This document shows positions 51,193 through 61,121 of a DNA stretch of 64,000 bases, one piece after another. Where the stretch lies: contig JAPEUI010000050.1 of the NCBI GenBank assembly GCA_026025075.1, forward strand, positions 1-64,000. The letters run 5' to 3'. The first letter of the stretch is position 1, and each line of letters starts with the position of its first letter. Position numbers and translations under genes: made by a program. The DNA comes from Vezdaea acicularis (taxonomy: Eukaryota). A model generated the notes under the pieces. It worked only from the letters and a program-made list of their open reading frames with translations. It was not told the DNA's origin and made no database searches.

Positions 51193-53589
51193 ATGGAAAT
51201 TATTCGACAGCTGCGGCAAGACCTTGCCGCTGCGTCTGGAAAGATCAACGAAGTGGAAAGCGAGTTCGATCGGCGGTTAAGCGTTGAGCTAGCAAAAAGT
51301 AAGTGATCCATTAGAAACTTAATGTAGGTACCGAATGCTCATTCTTTCCACCCAGACAACTCTGGCCATGAAGAAGAGGCTCAGAGGCTTCGTGATGAGG
51401 TCGACTTCCACCGTCAGCTTAGCTCTGAGATAGTCGAGCTGCGCCGGGAAAACGAGCAGTTGCACGTGGATCTAGACGCGCTACGGGGACAATCTATTGA
51501 GACAACAAAAGACTGCTCGAAATATGGAACTTCACAGGATGGCAAAAGTATGCCACCTGTACAGAGTTGCGAACGTGACAAGGACCATGACGCAAGGAAT
51601 TGTGTACCTCGATCTGTCTACGACGAACTCAAGGCCGATTTTGATAGCCTGAGAGCATCTTTTGGCACGCTATCTGACGCCCACAGCCATTTGAGTTCGA
51701 GATATCGGAGAGAAAAAACCAATATCAAAGCTTGGCAGAAATATATGGAGCTTCATCCAAAGGACGGCGCAAGAAAGAGCACGGAACCAGACCCTCTTAC
51801 TGGAAAAAGAATGCGAAACGAGGATTACGAAAAGCTTGACCAGCCTTCTATCAGGGACCCTCAACTTTCACTCCAACCCGATTATCTGATAAATGAGCAA
51901 GCTCTTTCCGAACAGGAAACTGTTTCAGCTCCACCGTTCACGCCTTTTCTACCTTCTCCTCCGGAAGCGTCTGTAGCAAGGGATGCTCAGCTCGATCAAC
52001 CTCAGAGAAGCTTCTTTCCCAGCAAATGCTCTGTGGGAGAGACGGATCCTCCTCTCATCCTACGCACAGATCAAGAGCTTGACCTGTCTCAGACCACAGA
52101 TGGAGGCGAGGCGCAAGCAACTACCCTCCCAAAAGAGAACCCACACAGCGCAGAGGTGCGAGATAAAGCGCAAATAGTATCCCATATACTGCCTGAAGTA
52201 TCGCAGGCATCTATCATTACATCGGAACGGCCTGTAAAGCGAAGACGACGAGGATCTAAATCCGACTTGAACTCCTTCCTTAATGATGGTGATGAGAACG
52301 CCTTCAGAACTGTCGAGGTGAAAGGAGAAAGTCTGGATATTGTTACAATTGAGTTCGGCGGTGAAGCAGGGGAAAGTCTTGATCTTGACGAAATCGGCAG
52401 ATCAGTTGATACACCCAAAAAACATCAAAGGTTCCGAGAATGGCTTAGAAACTCACAGCCAAAGAACGAAGGCGTCAACTCATCAGCGGATGCTCTGGAG
52501 CAAGTTGGCGATCGAAAGAATCCTAAAGGTATGAGGCTCCCTAAGATGGAAACACCAAAAGTCTCCGTCTTCGCAGAAGATGGTGAGGACTATAGATTCA
52601 CAGTGCCAGCTGGCAAGACACTATCCTCTCTAGATGATCCAGGTGAGGTAACGTCTTTGCGGCTTCTGGGAGAGAAACGATCGTTTGAAATAAATCTTGA
52701 GCATAATCGGAAGCTTCAGGGTCTCCTTGAAGATTATACGCCTTCTAAATGTCCGTTACCTATTGCGCAGGCCTCTTTTAGAACACCGTTGTCAGCGATT
52801 CGGCCGATCCCTAGGAATGCCAAAGTGGACACGGAGCCAAGGGTCCTCAGCATGGCTCAGAAAGCGGTCAAACCTACGCCTGCAACAGAGGTCGTCGCAA
52901 TTCACCAGCCTAACGCGCCGGAAACCTTTCTTAAACGCTCATGGACACCGCAAACACCCAAAACTATGAACACGTCGAAGCAGAGCGGTCACTTACGCGA
53001 TCCATCTCCGCTAGACCGCCCAGACTCCACACCTCTCCGCGTACAGCCCATTACCCGACTGCGTTTGGATGACTTCAAAGTGAACCCGGGCTTTAATCAA
53101 GGCCTCAACTTTGCCTTCACGGAGACCGTCCGGAAGCGCGAACAGCGCAAATGCCTTCCAGGCTGCATACGCTCCGAATGTTGTGGGTTCACCCTCCGCA
53201 AAGTGGTAGAGATTGGTGGACTCCCCACCCCGCCGCAGACTGGCCTGCGGTGGGATTCCTCACAAGAGGAAGACGAAGAGCAGCGCCTTCTCGAATGGTT
53301 CTTAGAAAGCGATAAAGGCCGTATCCAGAGTATGTCGGTGAAGGAGAGGTCAGACATGTTAATACTAGCAAAGACGAAACGGTTTGCAAACGAGCACGGA
53401 AGGCATAGGAACGCGTTCGAGAGACCTAAGTCGCCGCCTGGGTTCTGGAGGACGGATATGCCAACTACGCAGGAATTGGAGGAGGATCGGGAAGAGGCGA
53501 GGAGGTTAGAGAGGGAGAAATTGGAAGAAAGATGGAGGGAGGCCATGAAGGAGGATGGGAAGGGGAGATGGAAGTTTAGGGATGAATGA
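51193..53589 (+). CDS. SAE2: DNA end-resection factor Ctp1/CtIP/Sae2 (intron 51299-51355)
   Basis: N-terminal coiled coil; C-terminal FTETVRKREQRKCLPGCIRSECC, GRHR and SPPGFWRTDMPTTQE motifs. Confidence 0.92.
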
Positions 53590-53692
53590 TGGGGTTGGTA
53601 GCATCACGTCTTTTTCTCATTCTCTGTATTGCATGGGCTGGTTTAATATAGGACATTGGTGGGAGCATCGTTTCTTTTGGGTTTGGATATTG

Positions 53693-53781
53693 GAATCAGC
53701 GAAATCAGCGAAATCAGTGAAATCAACGAATCAGCGAATCAGCGAATCAGAGTATCAGCGTTTCAGCATTTCAGCGAATCA
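53693..53781. repeat. Degenerate 8-9 bp tandem repeat (GAAATCAGC / GAATCAGC) downstream of SAE2
   Basis: gaatcagc gaaatcagc gaaatcagt gaaatcaac gaatcagc gaatcagc gaatcaga gtatcagc ... Confidence 0.9.
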
Positions 53782-54146
53782 ACGTCTGAGCGATTTATCT
53801 GTCAAGCAAATTTGGCATATCCACAAATAGATCATGAAACTGGGATCAAAATTGGGTATAATATGGGGCCATGAGTTTCTTCATGCACACATCAAAGCGA
53901 GGATAATGATACGAAACACTATCATTCTTTTTGTCAAATCGCTATGCAACCCTTAGCTTATCCTGCTGTTCCCAGAGAAAGCAGAATATGACCTTTCATC
54001 GAAGAGGCCCAGGGGCGCAACCGCTTGATGTCCGTAAAGTAAAAGAGTAATACAGTCGTAACGAAATTCCAGCCGCGCAAACCCTGGCCCCCCTTGGGTG
54101 ATTTCGCAGGCGCTTAGCATAAGAAAGGATCTAGCTCATTAGCACA

Positions 54147-57100
54147 TTACCGCTTACGCTTCCGTCCCGTGTCTTCTTCTTCAAGCCCACTCTCCTTGTC
54201 CTTCCTCTTCGCTTTCTTCTCGAGCTCATCCCAGTCTTCGCCCTCGCTTTCGCCGTCAGAGCTTCCTTCCTCGCTTGCTTCAGCGGATGCCGCTTCGTCG
54301 AAGTCGCTGTCCTCTTCACTGCTCACATCGCTAGCAGCTAGCTCAGACTCGCTCATCTCGTATGCCGACTCTTCCTCTTCGCTCTCTTCGTCTTCATCAT
54401 CTGAATCTTGGCCAAGGAATGACCAGCCGCCATCGACGAAAAATTGATGAGGATCGGCTGTGACGGTCTTCATGATGGTGCCCCAGTTGAGATTCAGGGG
54501 ACCCTCAGTGAAGGCAATGTTAACACTGTCAAGCCATTCTTTGACTGCCTCCAGAGTCTCAACGGGGATGGTGTTGATATGGAACGGGGGACGTTGGAAG
54601 TCCGTGAACACAAAGACCATGTCGAAGTTCTTGAGACCGAACTATGTGAAAGAGAGGTTAATGTGAGAGAACATAGACCAGAAATGGAAGAACATATTAC
54701 CTGAACTCTTTCTAAATGGGCAATCTCAATATCTTCAAGAGTCAGCACCATGAATGGTGGATCCGTAAGTTGAACCAAGCAGTCTGTGGTCGGCTGGCAG
54801 AGTACATTCGCACGGTGTGGGACACCACTGAAACTCAAGTCTCGGAAGGGGATATCAACGTCCACGCCCTCATTTCTACCTGCCTCCGCAATCTTTTCGG
54901 CATATCCCTTGAATTCCTTGTCAAGCTCTTGACGGCGACGTCGTTCCTGCTGCTCAGCCTCGAACTCCTCCTGGTCATCGAATCGATACTTCTTTTTCCG
55001 GTTTCCAGTCTCGTCGAATTGGATGTCTGTGGCGTCACGATAGAATTGCACATCTTTGGCTTTCTTCTTCCCAATCATGATGGGGGTCTTGAGGTGTACA
55101 TGGATTATGACAATGAGCTCATGAGCGCAAGGCTGAAAAAACAAGTGCTTGATATTGCTGAAAAGGATGTCAATGCGATGATCATGGCGTAGGGGTGACT
55201 GATAGCGGAGACCGTTCTGGTGGATCTCGACTTCGCCGGGCACTCGCTTGCCCTCCATCGCAGGACGCACATAAACGTCTGGTAAACGCTGAGGACGACG
55301 ATTCCGAATCTCGATGAGCTTCTCCTGTTCTACGACGTCTTCTAACTCCTTCTTTTCTTGCTCACGCTTTAGCACGTTCTTCTTTAGATCGGTTATCTGG
55401 TTAGAGAGGTTCTTCATATGAGTCTGATCGGTTGATTTGAAAGTTACGCTGCGAACGAAATGCGCAGAAGCATCTTCGAATGGATGATCATCTTTCTTGC
55501 CCACACCTTGACCTGGAGAGAGGAAATTGATGCGGAGATAGGACGTGTCGCCTTCAGAGCTTTCGGTCGCATTCTTGATCGTGTTAATGTGAAATGGTAC
55601 TGGTCTCCCCATGATCGGCAATATGATGCTGGACATCTTGGGGTCAACTAAAATCTTCAACTCTCTGACTTTACTTGGAAATTGATTGTCTCTTCGATAT
55701 GACTCGAATCGTTTAAATGTTTTCTGCTGCGTCCCATTCATATCACCTGAAGCTTCAGCAAAGCGCTCCAGACCTTCCTCTTGTTTTTTCTTCGCAAGCT
55801 CTTTCTGATGCTCTCGCCTTCGTTGCTCGGCACCATCATCTGCAACAGTAGACCTGTCGGCTCGAAGCCTATTGCCCCTGATATTTTTAGTTGCGACAGC
55901 CCCGACTCGTGCGTCCTTCTTCTCCTTTGATTTTGGTGTAGGAACCTCGGCTTCGTCTTTAAAGAAGAATGAAGTCGACTCAAGATCAGTTGGCGCCTCA
56001 GCAGTGAAGACCACACCTTCGTTGGCAGAAACTCGAACAGTATCTGAGAGCAATAGAGAGTATGTTGCACTCTTCTTGTCTGAAGATTTGGGGTTTGTAA
56101 TATCTTGAAAGCCAGTAGTAATACAGAGTGTCATCCCGTCCTTCAATGTGCGGGTGCTCTTAGCAGTCAATTGCAAGGTTGAGTCTCTAGTTTCAATACC
56201 AATACCAGACCCGACACTTCTCACGAAATGCTTCTCCATATCAGGTTTTTTCGCTTTCACCAATCCAATGGCCTTATTGTATAGATCTTTGGCTACGGCA
56301 CCGTCCTTAATGTCTTTGATGACTGCTTGATGGACTGTGAGGAGTAGCTTGTAATTACTTTCCTGAGACTTGTTAGGATCGATCAAGTAGGTTCTTGCTA
56401 GTATTGAGCAATAAGTCTTGTATCGTAAACCAAAGCCAGCAATGATGACGCCTGCGTGAATGTTGTTCTCGTCCGGTTGAGCAGACAGCTTTAGATCATA
56501 CTTCCCTCCGCTTTGCACGACAGGTCCGTAACTCCAGTCCAGTTGGGAAGAATCGAAATCGCTTGGAAGCTTTGGAATCGTTTTGAAGAATTTTTTGTTA
56601 TCAATTTGGCTATCGATCTTATTTGAGAGCGTAGCGTGACTTATTTTCTTCTCTGCGTCGATGATTTCCGACATCTCTTCAATGAACCAGGGATTCATGA
56701 TCGCAACGGCAGCCTTGGAGGCGTTGCGCATAGAACGCTGGTTATTGTTAGCTTCGGATAACATACGCCCATGAAAGACAACGGTATACCAACTCGCTCT
56801 CGTCCTTAACAGATAACGCTGCTGACGAAAGTGCAGGAGCTATATCCACAAGCTCAGACTCCTTTTCGATGTCGGCGAAGGCTTGCTTCCATTCTGTGAC
56901 GAATGGACCACTAGACTTATCGTTCGCAATAACCCCAACTTTCTTCTACGAGCGCCATATGATTAGAACCCTCTGTCCAAAGGGCAAGGTTCGAGGACCT
57001 ACCCCGGTTGTCTGAATGATGTCCACGACTTGCTTGAATAACTTTGCATTGTACTCTGCATCTTTGCCACGCACAAGAAGCTCAATGGGTATCTTACCAC

Positions 57101-57541
57101 CTTTTAATGGCTCAAGGTGCTTGGCTATAGAGTCAAAATGTGTCAGCGCTCGCTTGATGAATGGGGGTAGGCTTCTTAGCTACCTTTCTTAGCTGTGGTC
57201 ACAATGTAAAGCTTTTCTATCGTGAGAAGGAAAAGGGTGGCAGGAAACTCGTAGCCTAGCAGCCAGAACTGAGGTGAAAACTTCTGTTAGCACTCTTCTC
57301 CATACCACATGGTGCCCTCTATGCTCTATTTGGAGTCGCTCAAGGAAAGGTCAAGCCATACGTGCATTGCATTATTCTTCTGAAATCCAAGGCCTTCCTC
57401 AGTCTTCCCCATAAGAATTATGATTGACCCAACGCCCCCAAATGACGCGTCGCCGGCACGCTTGTCCGCTTTCCATGATAAAATGAAGTGCGACAGTCTC
57501 TCTTGGAATATGTGCTTGTCGATTTTGATTTCGTCCGCCAT
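54147..57541 (-). CDS. SPT16: FACT complex subunit Spt16, several introns (plus a probable 5' UTR intron ~57558-57611)
   Basis: [64 protein letters not shown], acidic tail. Confidence 0.97.
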
Positions 57542-58019
57542 ATTGGACGGACGGCTTCTGCCTCAGAAATTTCAGGGAATCAGTGAGCCAAGGGCTGAGG
57601 GGAAGACTTACGCTCGAGGCGTTGAGTAGAAGATTAGAGAGCGTCGAGGAAAATGGTCAGATAGGTCTGGAGTTTTGACTGAACCGAGGACGACGTGAAG
57701 TCTCGCGTCGATAATTTGCGGTGGCGTATCTCTTACCAAATCACGTGTATAATGGCCATCTCAGTGTCTTTTGTTGCATTTAAATATAAAAGACCCTATC
57801 TGATAAAGGATTGTCAGAATTATGGTAGCTCACTAGTTTTCGAGCCTGCGAGCGTCTGTTCAGCATGCCCGTGGCCATGTCGCAAACCTCAAACGCTCAG
57901 TGATCGGCAGTGACGTGCGCCGCCAAAAAATGGGAGCCGCAACCCACTTACATCCACCAACCAACCTCACGTCACATTATCTCCTCACTCCGCTTGATGC
58001 GCCTCCCAACCAACGACCC

Positions 58020-58907
58020 ATGGCCTCTAGGCTGATATTACGACCTAGGCAGCTTCGATCGAACTCATGGTCCTTTCAGTCTCTCCGTTCCTTACCGCGC
58101 ACCTGCGCCGCCTTCCTTCCTAGAAGCTCATTCACAACGCAAACGCGCAAACGCCTAGCCCGTGTCGAATCGAACATCAGATCCCTCTCGGAAGTCTCCT
58201 TCACCTCCAGCTTCCCTCATCAAAACCCTTCAGAATGCGGTGTCGGTAACGGCGAGGATCCCAAGCCCGATGAGCGGACGCTGAAGCTTGGGCGGACATT
58301 GCGCACCCTCCAAAGCCGAATGCCAACACTACTGCAGTCGCCGCTACCCCAGGAAATGCTCTCGCCGCACATAACGCTGCATCTCTTTCCGTCAACGCAT
58401 CCGCATCTTCCCACCGTCTCAGGCAGAGTGGGCTATTTCGCAGCGCTATGGACAGCGCCAGTAGCGTGGGGCCGCGTGCCTATCGTCGGCAATGTGGGGC
58501 TTGATATCCTCTCTGAGCGTATGGATCGGACGAACTCCGCGCGAGGCGAACGACTCGTGGTGAGGTGGCGGACGAAAGGCAAAACAAAAGGGAAGGGAGT
58601 GGGTGCGTTCTACAGGGGAATAGGGGCGAGTGAGCAGGTGGATAAGATCACGGAATGGCTAGGGGGTGATGTTAGCGACCAAGAAGAATTTACAGGGCTG
58701 TTCGTGTTTGAATTTGACGAAGAGGGGAGGGTGTTGAAACATACCATTGAACATGCTGAGGAAGGTAGTGAAGGAGAAGTGGGAAGGGTGATTGGCTTGA
58801 CAGATTGGCTGTTGGGAAGGATCGGGAGGAAGCGAATCGACGGTGAGTTGGTGCTTGGGTATTGTGAGCACGAGCAAGATGGTGGAAGAAGCCCCCGGAG
58901 GAGATAA
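58020..58907 (+). CDS. Conserved fungal hypothetical protein with mitochondrial-presequence-like N-terminus
   Basis: Arg/Ser/Leu-rich MASRLILRPRQLRS...; core PDERTLKLGRTLRTL...LSPHITLHLFPSTHPHLPTVSGR, EFTGLFVFEFDEEGRV. Confidence 0.82.
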   Translation: MASRLILRPRQLRSNSWSFQSLRSLPRTCAAFLPRSSFTTQTRKRLARVESNIRSLSEVSFTSSFPHQNPSECGVGNGEDPKPDERTLKLGRTLRTLQSRMPTLLQSPLPQEMLSPHITLHLFPSTHPHLPTVSGRVGYFAALWTAPVAWGRVPIVGNVGLDILSERMDRTNSARGERLVVRWRTKGKTKGKGVGAFYRGIGASEQVDKITEWLGGDVSDQEEFTGLFVFEFDEEGRVLKHTIEHAEEGSEGEVGRVIGLTDWLLGRIGRKRIDGELVLGYCEHEQDGGRSPRRR

Positions 58908-59054
58908 TGCTATATAAAGCTATCTTGTACAAAATTCCTGGATAGGAGGGAGTTCACTGTTCTGGGGAAGTTTATGAGCGGATATCACGTTTCTGGGTTC
59001 TACACAAAGCTCTCCTCATATCTTTTGTTTGTGTAAAATTTATGGACATTCAGC

Positions 59055-60319
59055 TCAAAGCTCATCGTCATCAGTCTCATCGTCATCAGTCTCATCGTCA
59101 TCGAGGTCAAGGTCAGGTCTGAGCGTCGGCTTGCTCGTAGCTCTAATCTGCCTTTCAGGTGGTCGCTTCGTGAATGGGAGATGCTGAGGGGCTGGGAGTT
59201 GAGGACTGGAACTTGCTACGGGATGCTTTCCTTCCCCTCTTCTTGCCGGTTGTAGACTTACGGCTGCCTCTTCGCTGTCTGTGCTTTCGTCTTCAAACGA
59301 CTCAGGTGTTGTTTCGCGATTCTCATTGGCCTCATCTCCTGAAGATGGTTTCTCTTCTTCCACAGTGTTGTCAACCGCAATGTTGCCGAATGCATCAGAG
59401 CCTGAGTCCGAACTGGCGCTTGTGATGACCGTCTTTCTTTTGCTAGCCCTACTCAAATTTGCTTTGCGAGATGGAGCTGTGGAACGTGCGGACTCTAATT
59501 GCGCAACTTGTAGAGAGTTAGCGTAGCGTTCTAGCATGCTTCGACTGTCAGGCTATTACCTCTTGCAGGGTTAACCTTTGCTGTAGCCAGAAGCCTTTGC
59601 TGGTCACGTATTTTCAACTTTTTGCTATTGAGAATATCTCTGAACTTCTCGAGAAGTGCGTTCTCGTGTTCTTCCTTCGCCTTTAAAAAGTCTTGCAGTT
59701 GATCGTTAAGCTTCTTAATTGTCTGTGCTTGTGCAGCGAATCTGATCGACAACGTGGCGAAGTCCTCATCCACTTTTGCTAATGCCTTAGCACCATGACC
59801 GGCCCAATCGAAAATGGAGACTTCTTCATCTCCCTTATACTTTAGTACAAAAGAACCAAGACGTTGCTAGACTCAATCAGTCCCTGAGTTTGCAATCTCG
59901 AGTGGCAGAGAAAGTGTACTGTAATACCCTCTATATTCCTGTGGATAGTAATTGTTGCTGATTTCTCCGGCTCCAAGGAAGCATCCACCTCAATATTTTC
60001 AAAAAATCTAGGTGGCTTGCTGCTTTCTCGGACTCCAAAAAACACAAACAATACAATGCCTTCAAAGTCATCAAGGCTGGCCTCATACCCTTTGGCTTGG
60101 AGCTGAACGAGCTGCGCCTGTTCGACTATTAAAAGTCAATTGGGTACGCCGAGGAGGAAGTAATTTCTTACTACTGCCAACATATGGATCTATGCCCTCT
60201 GTTCCAGTTATACTGATGCGCAATGGATTAAGGCTGGTGCACTCTGCATTCAGAAGTAGAGATTCATCTTCCCCACCACCGACTAGCGGCACCGTTAGGA
60301 CTTTTCGAAGCTGGGACAT
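59055..60319 (-). CDS. XRCC4: XRCC4/Lif1-like non-homologous end-joining factor, about 3 introns
   Basis: Head PLRISITGTEGIDPYVGS, ITIHRNIEGIT-QRLGS, VSIFDW; coiled coil KEEHENALLEKFRDILNSKKLKIRDQQRLL; acidic tail ETDDDEL*. Confidence 0.85.
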
Positions 60320-61121
60320 TTGATATAGAAAATGTTAATTCACATCTAACTAGACAGATAGTTTTGAATTTATTTGGCGCTGGGTTAGCTTAGCCTTTGG
60401 CCATGAATTATGGTCGTTGGCGGAAGAAAATGAACTTGCTGCCTATTAAACACCGACGAGGCGGGGAGACGTGACTGGGATGACGCGAAACTGGCAAGGA
60501 TTCTCTAGCGTTCTCGCGTAAGGTTAGTGCGTGCATGTGCCAAGCATCGGCTGAACACCGTGCACGGCCAACCACCCCAGTGTTCGGTGTTCGCCAGCCC
60601 GCCCGTACTTCACAGCACGACTTTTAGATTCCCAACCTCGCGTCAAGCAAGAATTCTATCCAACCTCCAACCTTTCATACTGCTGGCATCTGACTCGGGT
60701 CTCTCTCTGAACTTTACATATCACAATCTATCAACAGGAAAAACAACTTCCGGACAGGGAGTTTTTCAACTGCAGCTCAGGCCCGCCGCGGGTTTGAGGT
60801 AGATAGCGGAAGCGGAGGTTTGCTCACGAGCGACTCATCTACCTACACGACCTATCACCGGACCCCATTCCGACTCAAGCATACTAGAGTATACCCACGC
60901 AAAATTCCTTGATACAGTCGCTCGGTCTCTCGACAATTTTGACTTACTTCGACCTCTGGTGCATTCTCTGACGACGCGCTCACGAATCTACAATATTGCA
61001 TGGCCATTTCATTGAGAGTAACTTACGATTCTCACTTCGCATGACCCCCTCAAGCACCTCTTAGTCTTCATAACGCCTTGCCTGGGCTCCAACTTATCAC
61101 TGCAAAGGCTCCGCTGCCATA

